Origin: an uncultured Chloroflexota bacterium
Lineage (GTDB): Bacteria > Chloroflexota > Dehalococcoidia > Lucifugimonadales > GCA-002694895
Assembly (NCBI GenBank): GCA_913045935.1
Contig: CAJWSY010000004.1
Span: 578 to 64,577 of the forward strand
Reading direction: 5' to 3'
Length of the DNA stretch: 64,000 nt
The notes under the pieces are model-generated. The model saw only the letters and a list, made by a program, of their open reading frames with translations, was not told where the DNA came from and did not search any database. A program made the position numbers and the translations under genes. Numbering within the stretch: position 1 is the first letter of the stretch; the number at the start of each line of letters is the position of its first letter. Below, piece by piece: positions 20,937-30,924 of the stretch.

Positions 20937-22259
20937 TTAATTTATTTTTGCTAGTAAATTTATAAAGTTATCAATTTCATCTTTAGAATTCATTTCAGTA
21001 AATGATAATAACATATGGTTATCGGATTCAGATGACAAATCATAGCCTCCAATAACTTTGTTTTCATGTAGATAGGAATTTATATCCTTAACTGAAGTAG
21101 GGCATTTTAAAGTGAATTCCTTGAAAAAATTATTATTAACAACTTCAAATCCGTTTAGTTTAGACAGTTTATCTGCAGCATAATGTGCTTTGTGATAGCA
21201 AAGTTCAGATAAATATTTTAATCCTACTTTACCTTGCAATGCCATATATACTGTAGCCATTAATGCTATTAAGCCTACAGATGTACAAATATTTGAAGTA
21301 GCTCTGTCTCTTTTTATATGTTGCTCCCTAGTTTGAAGTGTTAAAACATATCCTTTTTCATTATCAGTATCCACAGTTTCGCCCACTATTCGTCCAGGTA
21401 GTTGTCTTAAGTATTGTTTTTTACATGCAAACAATCCAGCGTATGGACCTCCGTACGCAAGAGAAACCCCAAATGGTTGGCCTTCTGCAACGACAATATC
21501 AGCTCCATAATGATTTGGTGTTTTATACATACTTAGAAACATAGGTTCTGTTATCACAATCAATAGAGCATTGTTTAATTTTGCAATTTCAGATAATTTA
21601 GAAAAATCTTCTATTTCACCTGAAAAATTTGGTTGTTGAATTACATAACAAGCAGGAGGTTCATGGGATTCTTTTAGAACTGAATTCAAATCGTTTTGGA
21701 TTATTTCAATTCCAGATGCTTGTGTTAAAGTTTTGATAACATCCGTATATAATGGAGAAACTCCGTCTACAATGTTTATTGTTAGATTTTTATTTATTCT
21801 ACATGCCATTAATGCGGCTTCTGCAGCACTGGTGGCACCATCATACATTCCTGCGTTAGCTGCTTCCATTCCAGTAAGCTCACAAACCATACTTTGAAAC
21901 TCAAAGTGTGCCTGTAATGTACCCTGTGATACTTCTGGTTGGTATGGAGTATAAGAAGTCATGAATTCACTTCTTGAAGTGATTTGCCTTACAACACTTG
22001 GAATAAAGTGCCTGTATGCACCTGCGCCTATAAAAGAACTAAATTCTCCAGGAGTTGAGTTTTTATTGGATAGTTTGCTCATTTCATTCTTTAAGTCGAA
22101 TTCAGATGTGGGCGCAGGAAGATCAAGTGTTGGGAATCTGTATTTTTCAGGTATATCTACGAACAATTCTTCATAAGAAGATACGCCAATTTCTTTAAGC
22201 ATTTCTTTTTTTATTTCAGGGGTATTTGGTGTGTATGTTGATTGGTAATTTTTATTCAT
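20937..22259 (-). CDS. gcvPA: glycine dehydrogenase (decarboxylating) subunit 1
   Basis: SYTPYQPEVSQGTLQA..EFQSM.CELTGM block. Between gcvH and gcvPB. Confidence 0.95.
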   Translation of the reverse strand: MNKNYQSTYTPNTPEIKKEMLKEIGVSSYEELFVDIPEKYRFPTLDLPAPTSEFDLKNEMSKLSNKNSTPGEFSSFIGAGAYRHFIPSVVRQITSRSEFMTSYTPYQPEVSQGTLQAHFEFQSMVCELTGMEAANAGMYDGATSAAEAALMACRINKNLTINIVDGVSPLYTDVIKTLTQASGIEIIQNDLNSVLKESHEPPACYVIQQPNFSGEIEDFSKLSEIAKLNNALLIVITEPMFLSMYKTPNHYGADIVVAEGQPFGVSLAYGGPYAGLFACKKQYLRQLPGRIVGETVDTDNEKGYVLTLQTREQHIKRDRATSNICTSVGLIALMATVYMALQGKVGLKYLSELCYHKAHYAADKLSKLNGFEVVNNNFFKEFTLKCPTSVKDINSYLHENKVIGGYDLSSESDNHMLLSFTEMNSKDEIDNFINLLAKIN

Positions 22260-22266
22260 TTTATTT

Positions 22267-22650
22267 TTAGTTTCCGTTATTTACAAAGTTTTCATAATCT
22301 TTAGAATTCATAAGTTTTTCAATTTCAGATAGATCTGAAATTTTAACTTTTATCAACCATCCTTCTTCATATGGTGAATTGTTTAAAAGTTCAGGCTCAG
22401 TTTCTAGTTTTTCATTGACTTCGATTATCTCTCCACTTATTGGAGTATAAATCTCTGAAGCTGCTTTTACAGATTCTACTTCTCCGAATGTTGTGAACTG
22501 TTTAATTTGAGCGCCTTTGTCAGGGAGTTCGATGAAAACTATATCTCCAAGACTATCAACAGCAAAGTCTGTTATACCTATAGTTGCGATTCCGTTATCC
22601 TCTAGCAACCATTCGTGTTCTTCCGAATATTTTAAATTTTCAGGATACAT
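22267..22650 (-). CDS. gcvH: glycine cleavage system protein H
   Basis: 127 aa, YS.EHEW and lipoyl-lysine block VESVKAASEIYTPISGE. Confidence 0.95.
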   Translation of the reverse strand: MYPENLKYSEEHEWLLEDNGIATIGITDFAVDSLGDIVFIELPDKGAQIKQFTTFGEVESVKAASEIYTPISGEIIEVNEKLETEPELLNNSPYEEGWLIKVKISDLSEIEKLMNSKDYENFVNNGN

Positions 22651-22651
22651 T

Positions 22652-23734
22652 TTAACTCCTTTTATAGAATGGTGTTTTTATTATTTTAGCAGTTATATTT
22701 TTTGATCTTATATTTATTTTAACTTCAGAATTAAGGTCTGTAAAACTGTTTTTAACATAAGCTAAGCCAATGCTGGCATTCAAAGTGGGCGAAAAAGAAC
22801 CACTTGTTACTTCTCCAATGATATTATTTTCGGAATCTAATACACTGTTATGAGATCTAGCAATATTTCTGCCTTGAATTTCAAATCCAACTAATACTTT
22901 TTCTTGACCAGTAGATTTCAAAGAAGTTAGCTTTGAATTAATCAAATAGTTTTCTCTATCTAATTTTACAAACATACCAAGTTTTGCTGCGAAAGGATTT
23001 GTATTTTCAGTAATTTCATTGCCATGTAAAGGCAGAGAGGCTTCTAATCTTAAAACGTCCCTTGCTCCTAATCCTATTTCGTCTGCTCCATTTTTTCTAA
23101 AAGACTTCCATAATTCTTCAGAGAAGTTATTGTCAACTATGATTTCATACCCATCTTCTCCAGTATATCCTGTTCTAGTAATCAACATTTTTGATGAATT
23201 AAAATCATGTTCGAGGAAACGAAATCTTTTAATTTCGGAAAGATTAGGAATTGTCATATTTAAAATATTTGTTGCATTCGGTCCTTGCAATGCTATCATT
23301 GAAGTTTCTGAAGTTATAATGTTAATTTCAAAATTTAGTTCTTGAGTGTTGTCTTGAATCCATTTTAGTACGGTATCAGAGTTAGCAGCATTTGGGATTA
23401 GTAAGAATTTAGTTTCGTTAATTTTGTAAACAATACAATCATCAATGATCCCGCCTTCTTTATTGCAAATCAAATTATATTTAGCTTGAAAGTTTTTGAT
23501 AGTATTTGGGTCTACGCTAAGTATTTTATCTAATGCCAAAGAAGCATCTTTTCCAAATATTTCAAATCTTCCCATGTGTGAAACGTCAAAAATTCCAGCT
23601 TTATTTCTTACCGCATTACATTCTTGAATAATTGATGAATATTGAATAGGCATCTCCCATCCTGCAAATGGGACCATTTTTGCTCCTGATTCAACATGTA
23701 TTGAATGTAGTTGTGTAGTTTTAAGATTATTCAT
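22652..23734 (-). CDS. gcvT: glycine cleavage system aminomethyltransferase T
   Basis: FAGWEMPIQY, FDVSHMGRFE and RTGYTGEDGYEI blocks. Confidence 0.95.
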   Translation of the reverse strand: MNNLKTTQLHSIHVESGAKMVPFAGWEMPIQYSSIIQECNAVRNKAGIFDVSHMGRFEIFGKDASLALDKILSVDPNTIKNFQAKYNLICNKEGGIIDDCIVYKINETKFLLIPNAANSDTVLKWIQDNTQELNFEINIITSETSMIALQGPNATNILNMTIPNLSEIKRFRFLEHDFNSSKMLITRTGYTGEDGYEIIVDNNFSEELWKSFRKNGADEIGLGARDVLRLEASLPLHGNEITENTNPFAAKLGMFVKLDRENYLINSKLTSLKSTGQEKVLVGFEIQGRNIARSHNSVLDSENNIIGEVTSGSFSPTLNASIGLAYVKNSFTDLNSEVKINIRSKNITAKIIKTPFYKRS

Positions 23735-24839
23735 TTTCTTTTTCCATTGATTTAATTAAAGATTCAATTAACCAATCAATTTCAGCATCAGAAACTAATC
23801 CAAGATGTCCGATTCTTAAGATTTTATCACTCAGGTTACCTTGTCCTGCTGAAATGATTACATTATATTTGTTTTCTAATTTTCCTATTATTTGTTTTGT
23901 ACTTGTCCCTTTAGGTATCTTGACTGAAGTTAATGTGTCTGATGCGTGATTTTCATCATCAGGAAATAATTCAAATCCGATTTCTATTAGCTTAGTTCTG
24001 ATTTTGTACGCAACCTTCTTATGTCTTTCATAAACTTTGGGCATTGTTTCTTCTATTAGTAAATCCAAAGCTTTATCAAGTGAGTACATAACTCCAATAG
24101 CTGGAGTGAAAGGAGGCTGGCCTTTTTTAAAATAATTTTTATACTGAGAAATATCAAAGTAATATTTAGGTAACGAAGAAACTTTATGATAATTCCAAGC
24201 TTTTTTACTTACAGATATAAAAGCCAGACCAGGAGGTGTAACCCAACCTTTTTGTGATGCAGAAATTAGTACATCTATTTTTAATTTATCGGTTTCACAT
24301 GGTACCGAAGCAACACTGCTTATACCATCTACAACAAATAATAAAGAATATTTGGTAACTATTTTAGATATATCAGACAGATTGTTTTGAACGCCAGTTG
24401 AGGTTTCATTATGAGTAACATACACAGCTTTTGCTTTGGGATTTTTTTTAATACATTCTTCTAGATCTATACAATTAATATTGCTACCATGAGAAAAGGA
24501 TAAATTTATTACTTTTACATTATAAGCTTGGGCGATTTCAGTAAATCTATCACCAAACCACCCAACTGAAGCTACAATAATTTCATCGCCTTCGGATAAA
24601 AAGTTTGATACGGAAGCTTCCATCACACCAGTTCCGGAGCTAGTAGTTATATAAAGATCATTGTCAGTAGCAAAAATTTGCTTTAATTTATCTGTGCAAT
24701 TTTTTAATAAGTAAGAATACTCATTACCTCTATGATTTATTAGAGGCTTTGTTTGCTCATTTAAAATGTCAAATGGCACAGGAACAGGTCCAGGAAGTCG
24801 CAGATTTGTTTCGTTTTTGTCCGAAAGGTATTTTTGCAT
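23727..24839 (-). CDS. class V pyridoxal-phosphate aminotransferase (serine/alanine--glyoxylate aminotransferase-like)
   Basis: PGPV.VP N-terminus, TSSGTG.MEA, and PLP-lysine block SASQKGW. 8-nt overlap with gcvT. Confidence 0.8.
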   Translation of the reverse strand: MQKYLSDKNETNLRLPGPVPVPFDILNEQTKPLINHRGNEYSYLLKNCTDKLKQIFATDNDLYITTSSGTGVMEASVSNFLSEGDEIIVASVGWFGDRFTEIAQAYNVKVINLSFSHGSNINCIDLEECIKKNPKAKAVYVTHNETSTGVQNNLSDISKIVTKYSLLFVVDGISSVASVPCETDKLKIDVLISASQKGWVTPPGLAFISVSKKAWNYHKVSSLPKYYFDISQYKNYFKKGQPPFTPAIGVMYSLDKALDLLIEETMPKVYERHKKVAYKIRTKLIEIGFELFPDDENHASDTLTSVKIPKGTSTKQIIGKLENKYNVIISAGQGNLSDKILRIGHLGLVSDAEIDWLIESLIKSMEKENE

Positions 24840-24842
24840 ATG

Positions 24843-26036
24843 TTAAATTATTATTTGAATATTTTTTCGCTTTCCGATACTTAATTTATCTTTATTTTTG
24901 ATTTTAGATATTAAAATATCTTCTGTAATCAAATTACCATTTAATTTTACACCATTTTGTTTGAGTAATCTTTTGAATTCTGAATTACTCGAAACAAAAT
25001 TTTTGCTAATTAATAATTTGCTTAACTTTTCATCGGGTTGCATATTATTTATTTCAAATTTCACTTGATCAAAAGTAACATTTTTTTCTTGTACTGCTTG
25101 TCTGAAATACTCAGCTGCTTTATCGGCTTTTTTAGTGCTGTGGTATTGAGAAACAATATCATGTGCTAATATTTTTTTGTATTCCATAGGATTGGAATTA
25201 GAGTTACCCAGGCTATTCTCAAATTCCTTTATTAAATCATTTTCAATATCTGTAAGACAAAGCATGTAAAGCTTTATTAATTCGTCTGGAATAGACATTA
25301 GTTTACCGTATATTTCTTCGGGTTTTTCTGTGATGCCAATATAATTGTTTAAACTTTTACTCATTTTCTTTTTTCCATCAGTGCCTGGAATGATTTGTAC
25401 TAAGAAACATTGTTGAGGTTTTTGGTTTTCTTTTTGTTGCAAATCTCTGCCAACAAGTAGATTGAATTTTTGATCAGTGCCTCCGAATTCTACATCAGAT
25501 TTTATTACCACTGAATCGTAAGCCTGAAGAATGGGATATAAAAATTCTGTTATAGTTATGGGGTTATTTGATTTGAATCTTTTTGCAAAATCATCTCTTG
25601 CTAGAAATTGGGCTACAGTAAATTTACTTGTTAAGTTAATTATATTTTCTAATTTAAATTTGCCATACCATTCTGACTGCCATCTTATTTCTGTTTTTGA
25701 TTTGTCTACAATTTTGAAAAATTGTTTGAGATAAGTTTCTGCATTATATTTTACTTCATCATAAGTAAGCATAGGTCTTGTGTCTGATTTTCCACTAGGA
25801 TCTCCAATTTGAGCGGTCCAATCAGCAACAATTAAAACAACAGTATGACCCAAATCTTGAAGTTGTCTAAGCTTTCTAAGCCCAACAGAATGTCCTAAAT
25901 GTATATCAGGGGCGCTTGGGTCAAACCCCATTTTCAGTCGTAAATTATTGTTTGAGTCTATACTCTTGAGAAATTCTTCTTTTGGGATTATTTCTTCAAC
26001 GCCTCTATTAATTATGTTACTTATTATTTTTCTCAT
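24843..26036 (-). CDS. tyrS: tyrosine--tRNA ligase
   Basis: HIGH-type motif HLGH, KMSKS motif, C-terminal S4-like domain, GFDPSAPD.HLGH context typical of TyrRS. Confidence 0.9.
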   Translation of the reverse strand: MRKIISNIINRGVEEIIPKEEFLKSIDSNNNLRLKMGFDPSAPDIHLGHSVGLRKLRQLQDLGHTVVLIVADWTAQIGDPSGKSDTRPMLTYDEVKYNAETYLKQFFKIVDKSKTEIRWQSEWYGKFKLENIINLTSKFTVAQFLARDDFAKRFKSNNPITITEFLYPILQAYDSVVIKSDVEFGGTDQKFNLLVGRDLQQKENQKPQQCFLVQIIPGTDGKKKMSKSLNNYIGITEKPEEIYGKLMSIPDELIKLYMLCLTDIENDLIKEFENSLGNSNSNPMEYKKILAHDIVSQYHSTKKADKAAEYFRQAVQEKNVTFDQVKFEINNMQPDEKLSKLLISKNFVSSNSEFKRLLKQNGVKLNGNLITEDILISKIKNKDKLSIGKRKNIQIII

Positions 26037-27003
26037 TTTTAAAATATTCTTTTATATTAATTAAATCTTTTTGCATTTGAGTCATAAGAGTAGCGATGTC
26101 ATTGTATTTTATTTGATCTCTCATATGTTTGTAAATTTTAATATTAATAAATTCGTTGTATATGTCATCTTTAAAATTGATTAAGTGCACTTCTACTGAT
26201 TTATTATTATTGTGACCAAAAGTAGGGTTATTACCTATACTAAGAGCACCCATATATTCTTTTTTATTGATTATTACTTTAGAAGCATATATTCCGTCGA
26301 TAGGTAATATTTTTTTTAAATTATAATCAATATTTGCAGTTGGCATATTAAGATTTTTCCCTCTACCTTCTCCTTTTATCACATGACCTGACAAATTATA
26401 GGGTCTTCCTAAATATGTATTTGCCAATTGAATATCACCTTTTGATAAAAGTTGCTTGATTCTTGTGCTACTAATAATTTGTTTGTGTTTTTTTAACGCA
26501 TTAGCTACATTAAGTTCATATTTTAAAGATTTTTGATTTTCATTTAAATATTTAATATTTCCTTCCCTGTTTTTACCAAATGCAAAATCTGGGCCAACAA
26601 ATAATTTTTTCATCTTTAAATTTGAGGTTAGAATGCCAAGGAATTCTTTTGCAGAAGTTTGATTAATGTTTGTATTAAATTCAATGATAATAATTTGGTC
26701 TAATTTAAATTGATTTAAGATTTCTATTTTTTCTTCTGTTGTGGAAATATAAAAATTATTATCGTTTATTTTTTTTATAAAATGAAAAGGTGAATTTTGA
26801 AAAGTAATTAATGTTGAATTGTAGTTACTTTCTAAAAGAGAATTTTCTAAATTAGCAATAAGTGATTGATGCCCTTTGTGAACTCCATCAAAAACTCCAA
26901 TTGTTATAACATGGTTTTTATTGTTTGATATTTTTTTTAAATCATCTACATTTTTGATGTAATGAATTGATTTCATATTATTTATAACTGTGTATAGGCC
27001 CAA
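26017..27003 (-). CDS. ribF: bifunctional riboflavin kinase / FMN adenylyltransferase
   Basis: GVFDGVHKGHQ nucleotidyltransferase motif and C-terminal riboflavin kinase block (GEGRGKNLNMPTAN). Overlaps both neighbours. Confidence 0.9.
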   Translation of the reverse strand: MGLYTVINNMKSIHYIKNVDDLKKISNNKNHVITIGVFDGVHKGHQSLIANLENSLLESNYNSTLITFQNSPFHFIKKINDNNFYISTTEEKIEILNQFKLDQIIIIEFNTNINQTSAKEFLGILTSNLKMKKLFVGPDFAFGKNREGNIKYLNENQKSLKYELNVANALKKHKQIISSTRIKQLLSKGDIQLANTYLGRPYNLSGHVIKGEGRGKNLNMPTANIDYNLKKILPIDGIYASKVIINKKEYMGALSIGNNPTFGHNNNKSVEVHLINFKDDIYNEFINIKIYKHMRDQIKYNDIATLMTQMQKDLINIKEYFKNEKNNK

Positions 27004-28034
27004 TTTATCAAATCTTCAGTCTCTTCCCATCCGATGCATTCATCAGTAATAGAAACACCATATTTAAGATCTTTAGGGTCTGAAGGTATGCTTTGGCTTC
27101 CTGGATTAATATGGCTTTCAAGCATAGTTCCAAATATTGCATTTTGGCCATTTGACTTTTGATCAATAATTGATTTAAATACTTTTGATTGATTTCTATG
27201 ATCTTTGCCTGAATTACCATGGGAGCAGTCAATTACTAATTTTGGCTCCAAATTATTATTGTTTAAAGCATCCACTGCTGATTGGACAGATTTTGCATCG
27301 TAATTTGTTCCTGTTTTACCACCTCTTAATATTAGATGTCCGTATTGGTTGCCACTAGTTTTTACAACTGATGTTTGCCCTTTTTCATTTATTCCTAAAA
27401 AAACATGTTGATTTTTAGCAGCTATTATTGCGTCAATTGCTATTTGGACTGAACCCCCTGTGCCATTTTTAAATCCTATAGGCATGCTCAATCCACTAGA
27501 TAATTGTCGATGAGTTTGACTTTCTACAGTTCGAGCCCCTATTGCTCCCCAAGATATTAAATCTCCGTAGTATTGGGGCATGAATGGATCTAAAAACTCA
27601 GTGGCTGTGGGAAGTCCAATATGCAATATTTGATTTAAAAAACCTCGTGCTTTTTCTAATCCTTGATGAACATCAAATGAGTCATTCAAATTTGGATCAT
27701 TTATAAACCCTTTCCACCCAGTTGTAGTTCTTGGTTTTTCAAAATAAGTCCTCATGACGATCATTATTTTATCTTCTACTTTGTTCGATAAATCTTTAAG
27801 TTTGTTTGCGTACTCAAGGCAAGCCTGTACATCATGTATTGAGCATGGCCCGACCAGAATTAGAAATTTACTCGATTTTGAATCAATTATATTACTTATT
27901 TCACTACGAGATTGAAAAACTGTATGAATATGTTCAGGTTTTACGGGAACCATATCCATGAATTTTTCAGGTGTATATAAAGGATTTATATACTCTAAAT
28001 TAACGTTATGTATGTTTTCATTATAGGTATTCAT
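26982..28034 (-). CDS. aroG: 3-deoxy-7-phosphoheptulonate (DAHP) synthase, class I
   Basis: LVGPCSIHD, FEKPRTTTGWKG and DCSHGNS blocks of class I-alpha DAHP synthases. Isozyme (aroF/G/H) cannot be assigned. Confidence 0.9.
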   Translation of the reverse strand: MNTYNENIHNVNLEYINPLYTPEKFMDMVPVKPEHIHTVFQSRSEISNIIDSKSSKFLILVGPCSIHDVQACLEYANKLKDLSNKVEDKIMIVMRTYFEKPRTTTGWKGFINDPNLNDSFDVHQGLEKARGFLNQILHIGLPTATEFLDPFMPQYYGDLISWGAIGARTVESQTHRQLSSGLSMPIGFKNGTGGSVQIAIDAIIAAKNQHVFLGINEKGQTSVVKTSGNQYGHLILRGGKTGTNYDAKSVQSAVDALNNNNLEPKLVIDCSHGNSGKDHRNQSKVFKSIIDQKSNGQNAIFGTMLESHINPGSQSIPSDPKDLKYGVSITDECIGWEETEDLINWAYTQL

Positions 28035-28165
28035 TGCAAGTATTTTGATTTTTAATTATTGAATAGAAATTCATAAATATGCTTTCTATTGTTACAATAC
28101 GAAACATTGTATTATATTTGAGGATCTTATTAATATACTTTTTAAGTGTAGTTTAAGATTTTTTA

Positions 28166-28576
28166 CTAATCATTTCTTAAGTTTTTTGCACCTTCTTGGT
28201 ATATATATTTTGGTTTTGCTAAATTTGATTTTGATTTGAATATTAATAAAATTCTTATACATTTATCTAAAGATCCATCGATATTTGGCTCTATTGTGCT
28301 GAAAAGTGCTGTTTCAGTAAGGCCAAGTTGGGTTCTTGCCGCTGTGGCTGGATAATGAGATGTTAAGTCTGAAGTCGAAGAAAATATTACAAAAAGTATA
28401 TCTCTAATTTGTATATTATTTGAGGATAGTATTTCAGTTAATAAAATTTTTGTTTTATTTTCGATTTCTTTAATAGAATCATTTGCAACTGTAGTGGCCC
28501 CTCTTACTGAAATAATTTTTTCAGTATTGTAGGACTTAAATATATTTTTGAAAAGATTTTTTAAAAATTTTATCAT
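28166..28576 (-). CDS. aroH: chorismate mutase, AroH type
   Basis: VRGATTV near the N-terminus, small size, C-terminal (K)YIY...A..LR. Resembles the Bacillus AroH class. Confidence 0.75.
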   Translation of the reverse strand: MIKFLKNLFKNIFKSYNTEKIISVRGATTVANDSIKEIENKTKILLTEILSSNNIQIRDILFVIFSSTSDLTSHYPATAARTQLGLTETALFSTIEPNIDGSLDKCIRILLIFKSKSNLAKPKYIYQEGAKNLRND

Positions 28577-28577
28577 C

Positions 28578-29378
28578 TTAATTTTTTAATTCTTGGACAA
28601 AATCATTAATTAAATTATTTAATTTTTCTTTATTATATCCTTTATTTTTTAGAATAGAATTAATTCTATTGATTAATTCACTTGCAACTATAACTCCATT
28701 TGCCCAGGGTTTTATTTGTTTTATATGTTTTTTTGAAGAAATACCAAATCCAATTAATATAGGAATCTTTGATATGTTTTTTATAATTTTAATGTTTTGA
28801 AAGTTTTTTTCGGATAAATTTTCTCTTGATCCGGTAACACCAGTAGAGCTTACATAGTAAATGAAGCCAGATGCAATTTTACTAATTTTTTCGATTGTTT
28901 TTTTTGAGCTTGTTGGCGTAACCATGTAGATTAGATGTATATTTTGATTATCTAGGATTGTTTTTATATTTTCTGATTCTTCAAATGGTAAGTCAGGTAT
29001 AACTACAGCATCAACGCCATTAGATTTTGCTTTTTTAGAAAAATTAGTAATTCCATATTGGTATATCAGATTTAAATAGCTCATTATAATGATGGGCTTT
29101 TGTTCATTTTTCTGTCGTAAGTTTTTGATTGTATTAAATGTGTAATCAATTATTGGTTCATCAATAGCTTGTATTGCTTGATATGAGGTGTTTTGTATTG
29201 TTTGACCGTCAGCAATAGGATCACTAAATGGGATTCCTATTTCTAAGATGTCTATGTCTGATTTAAATAAAATTTCAGCAATCTCATTTGATATTTTTTT
29301 GTTTGGATAACCTGATGTTAAATATAAAGTTAAGATGCTACTTGTTTTTGTTAATATTTTATCTAATTTATTTGTCAT
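28578..29378 (-). CDS. trpA: tryptophan synthase alpha chain
   Basis: YLTSGYP, EIGIPFSDPIADG and GFGIS blocks. Confidence 0.9.
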   Translation of the reverse strand: MTNKLDKILTKTSSILTLYLTSGYPNKKISNEIAEILFKSDIDILEIGIPFSDPIADGQTIQNTSYQAIQAIDEPIIDYTFNTIKNLRQKNEQKPIIIMSYLNLIYQYGITNFSKKAKSNGVDAVVIPDLPFEESENIKTILDNQNIHLIYMVTPTSSKKTIEKISKIASGFIYYVSSTGVTGSRENLSEKNFQNIKIIKNISKIPILIGFGISSKKHIKQIKPWANGVIVASELINRINSILKNKGYNKEKLNNLINDFVQELKN

Positions 29379-29382
29379 AATG

Positions 29383-30060
29383 TTATATCCAACTTATATT
29401 TCCACTTAATTTTTTTAAATCTTTGTTTTTTTTTATGAAAATATTATACTCGTTTATTGATTGTTTGATATTTGTATCTTTACCATGTCCCGGGTGCACA
29501 ATAGTATAATCTGGCAAAATTAAAAGTTTTGTTTTTATGCTATTTAAAATAGTTTGAAAATTTTCATTAGAAGCAGTTCTACCTGGCCCTCCTGGGAACA
29601 ATGTATCTCCAGTATATATATGATCACCGATTAATATGCATGTGGATCCATCAGTATGTCCAGGAGTATGAATGAATTTTATTGCAGTTTCATTAATTTT
29701 AAAATCACAATAATTTTCATAGTTATACAGAATATCCTGGTTTTGAAATGGACCAGGTAGTTTGTTTTGATCTTTTTGACTTACCCATATTTTTACATTT
29801 TCAGCCGAACTTATTTTGTTATAAATATATCCTAGTCCATCTATATGATCATAATGATTATGTGTAATGAAAATATTTTTAATGTATAAAGAACTGTTTT
29901 GTTTTAAAACTTGGTCAATAATTTCAAAATCGGGAGGTGTATCAATAATTAATGCTTCTTGTGTATTTTGCGAATAAATTAGCCAAATATTATTTTCTAA
30001 CGGGTTCGCGATATATTTTTTAAATACTAAATCTTGATTTATGTGTGATATTGTTTCCAT
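29383..30060 (-). CDS. MBL-fold metallo-hydrolase
   Basis: HxHxDH motif (THNHYDHIDG) and later HTPGHT and GD..F blocks. Confidence 0.85.
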   Translation of the reverse strand: METISHINQDLVFKKYIANPLENNIWLIYSQNTQEALIIDTPPDFEIIDQVLKQNSSLYIKNIFITHNHYDHIDGLGYIYNKISSAENVKIWVSQKDQNKLPGPFQNQDILYNYENYCDFKINETAIKFIHTPGHTDGSTCILIGDHIYTGDTLFPGGPGRTASNENFQTILNSIKTKLLILPDYTIVHPGHGKDTNIKQSINEYNIFIKKNKDLKKLSGNISWI

Positions 30061-30141
30061 ATCTTAGTATATATATTTTTACTATTAAATTTATAGTATC
30101 TAATATGATACTAAATTAGGTGTAATTCTTTGAATTAGATA

Positions 30142-30834
30142 TTATTTTTCAGTGTCTTCATCTTCAGTTTGAAGAGTGAAAATAGAATGATGGTTTAGAG
30201 ATAATTTTTCGGAATGAGGCTTAATATATTCAGGGAATGATATTATATTAACTGTTGATTCCGATTTGTGAATTTCTTTGATATTTACGTTGATATTATT
30301 TTCGTTGGTACCAATTACTGTGCATGAGTATTGATTACCTAGGTTTGTTAGTTTTGAAATTCTTTTTGCTATGTTATTTGTGATTTCACTTAGCAATTTT
30401 TTGTTCTTGAATATTTGAATTGAATCAGATTTTGATTTGATTTCAAGATTTTCACCAGGTGTTAATGAGGTAGTTGATGATTTATGTTCAAAATTTAGAT
30501 TTATAGATTTACTGCTATCATTAACAAGCAATTTTTTGTCTATAGTATTTGATATTTTTTTGTTTTTTGCGGAATGCAATGCAGATAGATTTTTTTGAGC
30601 AATTCTGTTGTTAGGTGAAATGTGAATCACTTTTTCAAAGCATTTTATTGCATTTTGTTTTTGTGACAATTTTGTGTATGTTATGCCAAGTCTATTTAAT
30701 GTTTCGATATTATTTTTTTGCTGATTAAGTATTGCCAAATTAATCTGTTTGGCTCTTTCCCAATTTTGATTTGAGGCTTCTTTAATTGCTGATTTTTTTA
30801 AAAATGCTAAATCGTTTCTTGTTTTTAATTCCAT
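30142..30834 (-). CDS. TPR repeat-containing protein
   Basis: N-terminal half shows 34-aa TPR-like periodicity (W..A...N.AIL; LG..Y.KL....NAI..FEKV....P.N). C-terminal half unassigned. Confidence 0.55.
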   Translation of the reverse strand: MELKTRNDLAFLKKSAIKEASNQNWERAKQINLAILNQQKNNIETLNRLGITYTKLSQKQNAIKCFEKVIHISPNNRIAQKNLSALHSAKNKKISNTIDKKLLVNDSSKSINLNFEHKSSTTSLTPGENLEIKSKSDSIQIFKNKKLLSEITNNIAKRISKLTNLGNQYSCTVIGTNENNINVNIKEIHKSESTVNIISFPEYIKPHSEKLSLNHHSIFTLQTEDEDTEK

Positions 30835-30924
30835 TTAATATGTATTCTTTATAAAATAACCGATCAGATTCTATGTGGTAATTATATTGATTTGCAATAG
30901 TTTTTAAGTGTTTTTAATCAAAAA

